64,000 bases of DNA from a bacterium (GTDB taxonomy: Bacteria > Patescibacteriota > Dojkabacteria > JAKAPS01 > JAJZLI01), in contig JAJZIL010000001.1 of assembly GCA_021810605.1 (NCBI GenBank), forward strand, positions 67,412-131,411, given 5' to 3'. Position 1 is the first letter of the stretch; each line of letters starts with the position of its first letter. Of the stretch, positions 38,746 through 48,441 are shown one piece after another. The position numbers and the translations under genes are program-made. A model generated the notes under the pieces. The model searched no databases. It saw nothing but the letters and a program-made list of their open reading frames with translations, and was not told the DNA's origin.

Positions 38746-40173
38746 TTATTCGTTTGGAGGGACTGTGTAATTGCCATTCGTTATCTTTATGAGTAGAGAC
38801 AATACCTCACTTTGTGCTTGAGAAAGAGTAATCTTTCCTGATATTACTGTATCAAATATATTTGATACAGCTCTGTAATCACCTATTTTCCAAGATTTTG
38901 AACTTGGAGCCATTTGTATAAATGGAATCATATATTTATATTGTGTAGCAAGATTAGCCATATCTACTCTAGGAAATATTTCTCCAACAACTTCATTATT
39001 TTTAAGCTCATTATTATATAGTTGTTGTAGTACACTTTTAGAGTCTAAGTACCTTACAAATTGCCAAGCTGCTGTTGGATGTTGAGAGTATTTAGTAACA
39101 GCCTTTGCAAAATATAAAGAAAGATTTACAGTTTTTCCTGGTAATTGTGGTGGTGTAGCTACTCCTAAATCAATATTGGGATTTAATTTTAATATATTTT
39201 GTATTTCCCAAGATGGTTCAAAAACCATAGCAACTGAACCTCCAGCAAATGCAGATACAGAGTTAGGAAAAGTAGCTTCCCATCCATCTTCTGCAGCAAT
39301 AGAATTATATAGATTTAGTGCTTCTTGACCATTTTGCCCATTTGCAAAAGTTACTGCACTAGAAGATAGCATACTAGTATTATTTATAAACATTAAATAG
39401 GTGAGGATGTTATAGGCATTATTTATATTAGAGGTATTAGTACCTATATCTACTGCAGCTTGAGTTACATTTCCATTACTATCTTTTACTACTAGTTTAG
39501 GTATTTGAGATACAAATGTATTTATATTTTCAGAAGGTGCAGATAACCCAGCTTTTGCAAATTCAGTTTTATTATATAATAAGGCTAATCCATCATAATT
39601 TTCAGGTAATGCATAAATCTTTCCTTGACTAGTAAGGTCATTTACAGCTGTTGTATAGAAAAGATTCTGGAATTGAGACATATCTATTACAGATGAAGGA
39701 GCAGGTGATAGGAATTTTTGATATATAGGAAGATAGGTATTTCCAATAGGAACTATATCAGGTTCATTTATCCCAGAAGAGAGTTTATTAAAAAGAGAAC
39801 TTTCATAATAAGTAGATGGGACTAATGTATATTGTATTTTTATTCCAGGATGAAGTTTTTCATATTCTTTTATAACCGGCTCATAAACACTCGCAGGTTG
39901 TCTTATTCCCCACATAGTTAGAGTTATATTATTATATTGAGTATTAACTTTTCTGTATTCTAAATAATATATTACTAATGATCCTATGATAAGTATTAGT
40001 ACAAAAGATATTATTCCTATATATATTAATCTTTTCTTTTTTCTTCTAATTTCATTAATCTCTACAAATGTATTATCTGTCAAAGCATTTTGAGAATCAT
40101 TAGATATGACATCCTCTTTTTTAGGCTCAGGTGTCTGAGTAGGAGTATTTGTATTCTGATTGTTATCTTGCAT
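38746..40173 (-). CDS. membrane-anchored extracellular solute-binding protein (SBP family 1-like), orphan
   Basis: N-terminal TM, then LTMWGIRQPASVYEPVIKEYEKLHPGIKIQYTLVPSTYYESSL typical of sugar-type SBPs; no permease or ATPase genes adjacent. Confidence 0.55.
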   Translation of the reverse strand: MQDNNQNTNTPTQTPEPKKEDVISNDSQNALTDNTFVEINEIRRKKKRLIYIGIISFVLILIIGSLVIYYLEYRKVNTQYNNITLTMWGIRQPASVYEPVIKEYEKLHPGIKIQYTLVPSTYYESSLFNKLSSGINEPDIVPIGNTYLPIYQKFLSPAPSSVIDMSQFQNLFYTTAVNDLTSQGKIYALPENYDGLALLYNKTEFAKAGLSAPSENINTFVSQIPKLVVKDSNGNVTQAAVDIGTNTSNINNAYNILTYLMFINNTSMLSSSAVTFANGQNGQEALNLYNSIAAEDGWEATFPNSVSAFAGGSVAMVFEPSWEIQNILKLNPNIDLGVATPPQLPGKTVNLSLYFAKAVTKYSQHPTAAWQFVRYLDSKSVLQQLYNNELKNNEVVGEIFPRVDMANLATQYKYMIPFIQMAPSSKSWKIGDYRAVSNIFDTVISGKITLSQAQSEVLSLLIKITNGNYTVPPNE

Positions 40174-40181
40174 AATATATA

Positions 40182-41042
40182 CTATATATTATTAACATAA
40201 TCTTTCAATTCAGTCCAGAGTTCTGGATTTTCCTTAGCGTACTCTAGTGTAGTCTTTAGAAAATTTAGAGGGTCTCCTGTAGTTAACCATTTTCCATCTA
40301 TTTTTGTTGCAAGTACTTTATCAGAATGAGTTAGTCTTGATATTGCATCTGTAAGCCAAAGTTCATTGTTTTTCCCAAGATTTTTTTTTGCAAGCTCTTC
40401 TATTACATCTTGATTTAAAATATATCTTCCAAAAGAAACTAAGTTGGAAGTAGTATCTTCAATCTTTGGTTTTTCAACAATACTTTTAACAGTTACTCCA
40501 TCTTCTTTAAGTTGAACATTACTATATTTACTAATTTCTTCTCTTGGTAACTCCTGTGTTGCTAGAACTATATTCCCATGATGTTTATATGAAAAATCAA
40601 TTAACTGTTTAGTTGCAGGAATTTTTGATTTTACAATATCATCTCCAAACATATATACAAAGTTCTCCTCATCTTTTATTAGATTTTGAGCTACAAGAAG
40701 AGGTGTTCCATTTCCATAAGGTAGATGCTTTTTTTGTCTGACATAGATGTAATTAGCTTTTTTAGGAAGTTCTTTTAATTCTTCCAATATTTCTAATTTT
40801 CCACTTTCTTCAAGATGAAACTCTAAGTCAATATTATTATCAAAATGACTTTCTAGAGTATATTGCCCTCTTGTTACCATTATTATGTCCTTAATTCCAG
40901 AATCAATCAATTCTTCTACAAGATATTGAATAATTGGTTTGTTTATAATAGGGAGCATTTCTTTTGGCTGTACCTTAGTTGCAGGTAAAAATCTTGTTCC
41001 ATAGCCAGCCAGTGCTATTACTGCTTTTGTAATTTTATTCAT
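40182..41042 (-). CDS. galU: UTP--glucose-1-phosphate uridylyltransferase
   Basis: KAVIALAGYGTRFLPATKVQPKEMLPIINKPIIQYLVEE matches the GalU N-terminal signature. Confidence 0.85.
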   Translation of the reverse strand: MNKITKAVIALAGYGTRFLPATKVQPKEMLPIINKPIIQYLVEELIDSGIKDIIMVTRGQYTLESHFDNNIDLEFHLEESGKLEILEELKELPKKANYIYVRQKKHLPYGNGTPLLVAQNLIKDEENFVYMFGDDIVKSKIPATKQLIDFSYKHHGNIVLATQELPREEISKYSNVQLKEDGVTVKSIVEKPKIEDTTSNLVSFGRYILNQDVIEELAKKNLGKNNELWLTDAISRLTHSDKVLATKIDGKWLTTGDPLNFLKTTLEYAKENPELWTELKDYVNNI

Positions 41043-41122
41043 AAATATTATTCTATATCATATCAAGTATAAAATACAAATCTAGCTTTAAATATTATTA
41101 TCTTTATGATATCTTATATAGT

Positions 41123-43189
41123 ATGGAGAATACTGAAAATGCGCATGCAGTACCACAAAATATAATGAGTGTCGAGTTCAAATTGATAGGAGATTTGTCT
41201 TTGAAACAATTTGTTTTTATAGCTGTTCCTCTGACACTAGGTTTTATAATGTATGTTTTTCATGTAAATAATTATATAACAATTGTATTTACTGGTTTTT
41301 TACTTCTAATAGCACTATTTATAGATTTTGTTCCTGTAGATGATAGACCATTAGATGATTTAATAGTAAATTTTTTAATTGCAATTAAAAACCCAACACA
41401 AAGAGTTTGGAGAAAAAATCCAGAATTTCCAAATATACTTAAAATTCCTAAAATATTAATGCCACAAGAAAAAAAGGATAGTGAAATTGCTACATTTATG
41501 TATCAATCTCCAATAGATAGTAATCTTAATTCACCTTCATCTTCAGATGCTTCGAAATTTTTAGATCAAAGAGAGAAAATTCTTATTGATAATATAGATA
41601 AATTAAATGATTCTCTCAATTCTACACCATCTGGAAACTCAATGGTATCTCCTTCTATTAATAATAATATTCCTTCTTCAGGGATGAATATAAATCCTCC
41701 TTTTATAAATCCATCAGGGAATAATATTAATTCTAATAATCCTCAGAAAGATGAAGTTAATCAATCACAAAATGTAGGAATGGGAACTGGGAATACGAGT
41801 TCGAATATATCATCTCAAAATTTAGGGAATAATAATTCTCCATTTGTTAATAATATTGGAGTAGACCAAAATTTATCGAAATCATCCTCTTTTTCTAATA
41901 ACAATAGTGTAAATGTATTGGAACCTCTAAGAAAACCAGATCCAAAAGATTTCTATAAAAAGTCTTCTGAAGATAATATTGAACATCCTATAAACACTGC
42001 AGTTTTTAATACAGGAAGTATTCCTACAGTTGATCCTAATATTAATCCTCAGAATCCATTTAATTCTGGAGTAGGGAATATTAGTTCAAATTTTGTTCCT
42101 AATACTCCACCTATAACAAATCCTAATATGGGAGTACCTCAAATGAATATTCCAAAAGTAGATAAGAATTATATTAATCCTAATAACAACCCTCCTATAC
42201 AAAATGAAATTAATAACTTCTCTCAACAACCAAGTGTAAATTTGCCACCTATACAACCAGATACAAATATTTCTCAGGGGCAGAATACTGTTCAATCTCT
42301 AACTCAAACAACAGTATCTACTTCATTTGATAGTAATTTAAGTGAACCTCCTGATACTTCGAGTGTGTCAGTAGATACAAATGCTATTCCTCATTCTTAT
42401 GATTATCTATCTTCCTCACCTTCAGAGACTCCTAAAATAGATGAAAATATTGTTAGTCAAACTGTAAATACTAATAAAACTCTTGATCCAGATATTGATA
42501 TAAAAAAAATACTTGAGAAACTAGAAAAACTTGAGAAAGAAAATGATAAGTTAAAAAAACAAGTTGATGAGCAAAATGAAAAAATTGATATAGCTCAAGA
42601 AGTCATAGATCAAAAAAATAGACAAGATGAAATTAATGTATCTAACGTATCCTCGGAGACTCCTTCTCCAAGTCCACAAGATGATATTTCTAATACATTG
42701 GGTATTAATCCTGTATTTGAAAATAATTCTATTCAACCTAGTGTAGATACTACAATTTTAGATTCTAAGAATCAGAAGGAAATTCCTTCTGAAAATAACT
42801 TAAGTTCCTCTATGACTAATCTTACATCACAATCTAATGTATCTACTCAGAATCCAGAGACTACAAAGTCTTCTAAGCAAGAGAGTTTGAAGAAAGAAGA
42901 TATTTTAAAATACCTTCCAGATTTTGTCAGTAATCCGAATATAATCTCTGGTGTAGTTATGAAAAATACAGGGCAGATCCTTCCTGATACAGTAATAATA
43001 ATAAAAGATTCTTCACAAAAACCAGTTAGAGCTATTAAGACTAATCAATTAGGACAATTCTTTATTAGGACTCCTCTTTTGTCAGGAACGTATAATTTAG
43101 AAATTGCATATCAAGGTTTGACATTTGATCCTATCTTTATAGAACTTGATGATACTGTTAAGGATCCTATGTTAATTTATTCAAAATAA
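41123..43189 (+). CDS. PrgI/VirB3-like two-TM protein fused to a long low-complexity extracellular region, coiled coil and C-terminal CarboxypepD_reg-like beta-sandwich
   Basis: N-terminus VEFKLIGDLSLKQFVFIAVPLTLGFIMYVF plus second TM (PrgI-family pattern); about 400 aa N/S/P-rich; coiled coil ILEKLEKLEKENDKLKKQVDEQNEKIDIAQE; C-terminal ISGVVMKNTGQILPDTVIIIKD...GQFFIRTPLLSGTYNLEIAYQG. Confidence 0.5.
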   Translation: MENTENAHAVPQNIMSVEFKLIGDLSLKQFVFIAVPLTLGFIMYVFHVNNYITIVFTGFLLLIALFIDFVPVDDRPLDDLIVNFLIAIKNPTQRVWRKNPEFPNILKIPKILMPQEKKDSEIATFMYQSPIDSNLNSPSSSDASKFLDQREKILIDNIDKLNDSLNSTPSGNSMVSPSINNNIPSSGMNINPPFINPSGNNINSNNPQKDEVNQSQNVGMGTGNTSSNISSQNLGNNNSPFVNNIGVDQNLSKSSSFSNNNSVNVLEPLRKPDPKDFYKKSSEDNIEHPINTAVFNTGSIPTVDPNINPQNPFNSGVGNISSNFVPNTPPITNPNMGVPQMNIPKVDKNYINPNNNPPIQNEINNFSQQPSVNLPPIQPDTNISQGQNTVQSLTQTTVSTSFDSNLSEPPDTSSVSVDTNAIPHSYDYLSSSPSETPKIDENIVSQTVNTNKTLDPDIDIKKILEKLEKLEKENDKLKKQVDEQNEKIDIAQEVIDQKNRQDEINVSNVSSETPSPSPQDDISNTLGINPVFENNSIQPSVDTTILDSKNQKEIPSENNLSSSMTNLTSQSNVSTQNPETTKSSKQESLKKEDILKYLPDFVSNPNIISGVVMKNTGQILPDTVIIIKDSSQKPVRAIKTNQLGQFFIRTPLLSGTYNLEIAYQGLTFDPIFIELDDTVKDPMLIYSK

Positions 43190-43201
43190 GATTTAATAGT
43201 T

Positions 43202-43888
43202 ATGGCTTTATTTGGAAATTCAACACAAAATAATACTCCTATTGTAGCAACTACACAGGATCATCTTAATATATATGATATAAAGGATAATTTTTTAATA
43301 TTAAAGGATAAGAATGTATGTGTAGTAATTGAAACTTCTGCAGTAAATTTTTATCTATTATCTGAAGTAGAGCAGAATTCTAAAATATATGCTTTTGCAG
43401 GAATGCTTAATTCTCTTGGTTTTTATATACAGGTAATGATTCATACTGAAAATGTTGATATATCTTCATATCTTAAAAATATAGATGAATATAAGATAAA
43501 ACAGCAAGACCCTAAGATAAAATATCAAATTGATATATATAGAAAATTTGTTAAAGATCTTATTGTTAAAAATAATGTTTTAGATAAGCATTTTTATATT
43601 GTAATTCCATATCTAACACTTATGCCTAAAAAACCTAGTTTTACTAGTAAAATTTTTGGGAAAGAAGATTCTAATTTTGATGTTGACAGTATGATTTCAC
43701 AGTCATCTTCAAGACTTATTCCTAGAAGGGATCATGTTATAAGACAGCTTTCTAGAATGGGATTAAAATCCAAACAGCTTGAGAGTGCTGAACTTATAAA
43801 ACTTTTTTATAATATATATAATCCTATGAATGCTAAAATTAGAGAAGGTTTTGATGAATATACTAGTCCTATTGTAACTTATAAATAA
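43202..43888 (+). CDS. VirB4 N-terminal-segment-like protein (probable first part of a split Gram-positive-type VirB4)
   Basis: IYDIKDNFLILKDKNVCVVIETSAVNFYLLSEVEQNSKIYAFAGMLNSLGFYIQVMIHTENVDISSYL follows the pattern recalled for the extreme N-terminus of PrgJ/TcpF/TraE-type VirB4 ATPases; stops 2 nt before the next ORF in another frame. Confidence 0.4.
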   Translation: MALFGNSTQNNTPIVATTQDHLNIYDIKDNFLILKDKNVCVVIETSAVNFYLLSEVEQNSKIYAFAGMLNSLGFYIQVMIHTENVDISSYLKNIDEYKIKQQDPKIKYQIDIYRKFVKDLIVKNNVLDKHFYIVIPYLTLMPKKPSFTSKIFGKEDSNFDVDSMISQSSSRLIPRRDHVIRQLSRMGLKSKQLESAELIKLFYNIYNPMNAKIREGFDEYTSPIVTYK

Positions 43889-43890
43889 AT

Positions 43891-46401
43891 ATGAAAATAC
43901 CTTTTAATCTTTTAAAAAATAATGATAATAATCAGACAAATAATGTAGTTCAGGGGTCTATCGATAATCCTGTGATTGAAGGGAATCCTAATTATAAGAA
44001 TACAGATCCAGTTTCTTCTTTTGGTATGGGGATAAATTCAATTAAGGATATTATTGCTCCCCCTTCAATAGAGGTTGATTTCTCTCATATAAAAATAGGT
44101 GAGAAATTTTATAGAACATATTTTGTATTAGCATACCCTAGATATGTTGTTCCAAATTGGCTTTCTCCTCTTATCACATTTGAGCATTCAATTGATATAA
44201 GTATGTTTTATTATCCTATTAATGCTGCAGCTGTAATAACTAAACTTAGAAATAAGATTGCTGAGATGGAAGCTTCTACAAATAATCTAATAGAATCTGG
44301 AAAGGTGATGGATCCTAATTTGAAAGTTGCTTTATCAGATGCGAAGGAATTACAAGAAAATTTAGCAAAAGGAGCGGAGAGATACTTTCATTTTGCATTA
44401 TATGTGACAGTAAGGGCTGGTAGTCAAAATGAGTTAGAAGATATTTCTAAAAATTTAGAGTCTACAATGGGTGCAATGTCACTTATTATAAAACCATCAA
44501 CACTTCAGATGGAAGAAGGTTTTTTATCAACACTTCCTTCAGCAAGTGACAAGCTCTATTATACACATAATATGGATACAACATCCATTGCAACAACTTT
44601 TCCTTTTGTATCCTCTGAGCTTACTTCTGATAGAGGTGTACTATATGGTATTAATAAAGCCAATAAAAGTTTAGTAGTATTTGATCGATTTGAATTAGAA
44701 AATGCTAATTCAGTTATTTTTGCAAAGTCAGGTGCAGGAAAAAGTTATTTAGTAAAGTTAGAGGCATTAAGATCTTTAATGTTAGGAACACAGATAATAA
44801 TAGTGGATCCAGAGAGTGAGTATGAACAGTTATGTAAATCTTTAAATGGTGTGTATATAACATTTTCTCAAGATACTGGATCTAAGATAAATCCTTTTGA
44901 TCTATCAGGTGTTTATGAAGAAGGTGAAGATGAATTAAGGTTTAAAATTCTTTCTCTACATGGTCTTTTTAAAGTTATGTTAGGTGAAGATGGAGGAATT
45001 AGTAGTATGGAAAATGCTATTTTAGACAAAGCTTTGATTTTGACATATCGAGATAAAGGCATAACATTTGATCCTGATACACAAACAAAACAACCACCAT
45101 TAATGGAAGATCTATATAAGATTCTTCAATCAATGGAAGAGCAAGAAGCACATTCTTTAGCACAAAGGTTAGAAAAATATGTTAAAGGTTCTGCTTCTGG
45201 AATTTTTGATCAACAGACAAATGTAAATTTAGATAATGACTTTATTGTTTTTTCAATAAAAGATCTTTCAGATGAATTAAGGCCAGTATCTATGTATTTA
45301 ATGTTAGATTTTATATGGACTAGGGTAAAGAAAGAGCTTAGGAGAAGGATTTTTATAATAGATGAAGCCTGGCTTTTAATGAAGTATCCAGATTCAGCAG
45401 AGTTTGTTTATGCAGTAGCAAAAAGAGCAAGGAAATATTATCTTGGACTGACAACTATTTCTCAGGATGTAGATGATTTTCTTTCTAGTGATTATGGAAA
45501 AGCTGTAGTGACTAACTCTTCAATACAGATATTATTGAGACAGTCTCCAACTGCAATGGATCATTTAGCAGAAGTATTTTATCTTTCTGCAGGGGAGAAA
45601 AATTTATTGCTTAGTGCGGAAGTAGGAGAAGGAATATTTTTTGTTGGAGCTAATCATGTGGCAATCCAGGTTCTTTCATCTGAATATGAAAATACTCTTA
45701 TAACAACAAATCCTGAAGAAATATTAAAAATGAGGAGAAGTCAGTCATCTTTAGACAGAATTGTTCCTAATAATGCAATGAATGAGAACTCTAAAGTGTA
45801 CACTGTAAATAATCCAAAAATAGTAGTAAATATGTCTCAAAATAAGTCTAATACAATATCTGATACAGAAGAAAATACAAATTTAAATCCTTTAGAGAAT
45901 GAGAATGTATTATTTGATGATAGTACAGCTCAAGATACTAATAATACAGCTCCAAATATTAATAATTTTGATCTGTCTGGTGATACTGCAGATAATTCTA
46001 GTGCTATTCAAACTCAAAATGAATTTATTGATACTACAGAAAATTTAAATATTCCTCCTGTAGATAATAATTCTAATCCAATTATTACTCAAAATATGGA
46101 GGAAAACGTTTCTAGTACTAATGATCAAATACCTAATCCTAATTTAGGACAAAGTATTAATGCAGTTCCAGATTTTAACACAAGTACTCAAAGTGATAAT
46201 GGTGTAGATATTCCAACTGAATCTATTCCAGATACTGTAGATATTTCATCTACAAATAGACCTAATGTTAATCCTATTACTCAAGATGCTCAAAAAAATC
46301 AGGTAGAAAGCTCTTATGATACAATAGATACCAATTTAGGAACAACATATTCATTTAAGAATTTTACCCAAGAGAATCCTGTGAATAATTCTCCTCAATA
46401 A
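43891..46401 (+). CDS. VirB4/TraC/PrgJ-like type IV secretion ATPase with about 230-aa low-complexity C-terminal tail
   Basis: N-domain FSHIKIGEKFYRTYFVLAYPRYVVPNWLSPLITFEHSIDISMFYYP; Walker A FAKSGAGKSY; Walker B IFIIDEAWLL; RKYYLGLTTISQDVDDF; tail rich in N/T/S/P/D. Confidence 0.8.
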   Translation: MKIPFNLLKNNDNNQTNNVVQGSIDNPVIEGNPNYKNTDPVSSFGMGINSIKDIIAPPSIEVDFSHIKIGEKFYRTYFVLAYPRYVVPNWLSPLITFEHSIDISMFYYPINAAAVITKLRNKIAEMEASTNNLIESGKVMDPNLKVALSDAKELQENLAKGAERYFHFALYVTVRAGSQNELEDISKNLESTMGAMSLIIKPSTLQMEEGFLSTLPSASDKLYYTHNMDTTSIATTFPFVSSELTSDRGVLYGINKANKSLVVFDRFELENANSVIFAKSGAGKSYLVKLEALRSLMLGTQIIIVDPESEYEQLCKSLNGVYITFSQDTGSKINPFDLSGVYEEGEDELRFKILSLHGLFKVMLGEDGGISSMENAILDKALILTYRDKGITFDPDTQTKQPPLMEDLYKILQSMEEQEAHSLAQRLEKYVKGSASGIFDQQTNVNLDNDFIVFSIKDLSDELRPVSMYLMLDFIWTRVKKELRRRIFIIDEAWLLMKYPDSAEFVYAVAKRARKYYLGLTTISQDVDDFLSSDYGKAVVTNSSIQILLRQSPTAMDHLAEVFYLSAGEKNLLLSAEVGEGIFFVGANHVAIQVLSSEYENTLITTNPEEILKMRRSQSSLDRIVPNNAMNENSKVYTVNNPKIVVNMSQNKSNTISDTEENTNLNPLENENVLFDDSTAQDTNNTAPNINNFDLSGDTADNSSAIQTQNEFIDTTENLNIPPVDNNSNPIITQNMEENVSSTNDQIPNPNLGQSINAVPDFNTSTQSDNGVDIPTESIPDTVDISSTNRPNVNPITQDAQKNQVESSYDTIDTNLGTTYSFKNFTQENPVNNSPQ

Positions 46402-46421
46402 TAGTAGTAAATAGAATATAT

Positions 46422-47153
46422 TTATGATATAAGTTTTGCTTTAACAATAAAACGTTGTGTTCCTATACCTGGAGGGATACAAGTCATAAGAGTAAGATAT
46501 CTTTTTCCTGGAGGATATTGTAATACAGATATATCATTAGGTGATACTACTTGTGTTTGAAATACCTCATATGTATAATTTTCTCCTTTGAATTTAGCAA
46601 ATATTTTATCACCAATTTTAAGTTGTAATATATTCGTAAATATTCCTAAAAAAGATGACGGATATAAATCTGCAAACCATTGTGGGGCAGAGTGCCCATA
46701 AATATATACATTTCCAACCTGTCCTGGAAGGGCAGTTCCCTTCATTTGAGCAAGTGAATTAACTAGAATTTTTTCATATGCATTTGTATTAAATCCATCA
46801 ACTTCAGATTTTACAGGAACATTATTAAGGTTTATGGTAGGAATAGATATATGGAAATAACCTGTATAGGTGTTATTTTTTTGAAAATTTTCTGCTTGTA
46901 TAATTTGTGAAAAATATGAAGCATTTGGATCTGCATTTACTATTTTTGTTTGGTATTGGTGGAATATATTCTGATCTATATAATAGTTGATTATGGGAGA
47001 GATAGCTATTATGACAAAAAACCCACCTACAAAAATTAGAAACATAGCACCATAATTAAATCTTTTTTTTGCTACTCTTGTTCTTTTTCTAGCATTTAAC
47101 TTAATTTTTGGAGGCTTATTATTAATCTTTTTTACATACATATATCTGGACAT
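46422..47153 (-). CDS. sortase family transpeptidase
   Basis: N-terminal TM, conserved His (IYGHSAPQWF), catalytic Cys in LTLMTCIPP (TLxTC) and downstream Arg (QRFIVKAKL). Confidence 0.7.
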   Translation of the reverse strand: MSRYMYVKKINNKPPKIKLNARKRTRVAKKRFNYGAMFLIFVGGFFVIIAISPIINYYIDQNIFHQYQTKIVNADPNASYFSQIIQAENFQKNNTYTGYFHISIPTINLNNVPVKSEVDGFNTNAYEKILVNSLAQMKGTALPGQVGNVYIYGHSAPQWFADLYPSSFLGIFTNILQLKIGDKIFAKFKGENYTYEVFQTQVVSPNDISVLQYPPGKRYLTLMTCIPPGIGTQRFIVKAKLIS

Positions 47154-47219
47154 ACTTTTATTATAGCATTTATTTTACCTCTGTCAGTATATTGACTTAT
47201 ATGCTAAAATAATTCAGGT

Positions 47220-48317
47220 ATGAGTGATTATTATGAAATATTAGGCATATCCAAATCAGCAGACGAGAAAGAAATAAAAAGAGCATATAGAAAGCTTGCA
47301 GGTGAGTATCATCCTGATAAAAATAGTTCTCCTGATGCGGATAAAAAATTTAAAGAAATTAATGAGGCATACTCTGTTCTATCAGATAGTCAAAAAAGAG
47401 CTAATTATGATAGATTTGGAAATGCTGAGCCCTTTGGTCCTGGAGGAAATTCCGGTTCTGGTGGGTATGAAGAAAGTACTGGAGGATTTTCAAATTTCTC
47501 ATCTGCAGGGTTTGGAGGATTCGAGGATATATTCTCAGATTTTTTTGGAGGTAATTTTAATTTTTCTGATTCAAGAAATAGTAATAGTTCAAAGGACTCT
47601 TCTGGAGAAGATATTAGGGTTATAATTGATGTAACTCTAGAGGAGGTTATTTTCCCAACTGAGAGAGAAATTGCTTTTTATGCAATGAATAAATGTTCTC
47701 ACTGTAAAGGAACTGGATCTAAAAGTGGAAAAGTATCAGTTTGTAGTAATTGTAATGGAACCGGAAAGGTTAGAAAAGTAACTCAAAGTTTTATTGGAAA
47801 TATTGCAATGGAGAGTATCTGTAATACTTGTAAAGGTACTGGGAAGGTTATCTCAGATAAATGTAATTATTGTTTAGGTACAGGTAGGGTTAAGGAGATA
47901 AAAAAAATGAAAATTAAAATACCACAAGGTGCAAATGATGATACTGTACTAAAATTTGCTGGAGCAGGTTCAGTAGGTGAGAATAATGCTTCAAGTGGTG
48001 ATTTATATATAAATATTAAAGTGGCACAACATAAATTATATAAAAGACAAGGGAATGATCTTTTAGGAGTAGTTACTATTGATATCCCTACAGCTGTATT
48101 AGGAGGTATAGTTCCTGTTCAGACAATATATGAGAAAGTTAACTTAAAAATACCTTCAGGAGTACAAGATGGAGAGAAATTTAAGATAAAGAATAAAGGA
48201 GTTCCTTTTCTTCATGGACACAAGGTAGGAGATTATATAGTAACAATTAAAATTAATATACCTAAACATCTTTCTTTTAAAGAAAAAAAGTTATATCAAG
48301 AATTGAAAGATATATAA
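47220..48317 (+). CDS. dnaJ: molecular chaperone DnaJ
   Basis: J domain with HPD (YHPDKN), G/F-rich linker, four CxxCxGxG zinc-finger repeats. Confidence 0.95.
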   Translation: MSDYYEILGISKSADEKEIKRAYRKLAGEYHPDKNSSPDADKKFKEINEAYSVLSDSQKRANYDRFGNAEPFGPGGNSGSGGYEESTGGFSNFSSAGFGGFEDIFSDFFGGNFNFSDSRNSNSSKDSSGEDIRVIIDVTLEEVIFPTEREIAFYAMNKCSHCKGTGSKSGKVSVCSNCNGTGKVRKVTQSFIGNIAMESICNTCKGTGKVISDKCNYCLGTGRVKEIKKMKIKIPQGANDDTVLKFAGAGSVGENNASSGDLYINIKVAQHKLYKRQGNDLLGVVTIDIPTAVLGGIVPVQTIYEKVNLKIPSGVQDGEKFKIKNKGVPFLHGHKVGDYIVTIKINIPKHLSFKEKKLYQELKDI

Positions 48318-48329
48318 TAATCTAAGTTT

Positions 48330-48368
48330 AATTTAGATTCCTATAGATTTTAATAATAAATCTAAATT
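48330..48368. terminator. AT-rich hairpin AATTTAGATT-N19-AATCTAAATT followed by TTTTTG; possible bidirectional terminator between dnaJ and udg
   Basis: Seen directly; stem is all A/T so stability is low. Confidence 0.25.
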
Positions 48369-48441
48369 TTTGTTTGAATATAAAATTGTACACTTAAGAA
48401 GAATTTTCCTATTTTATTATTAAAGGATACTCATCATAATA

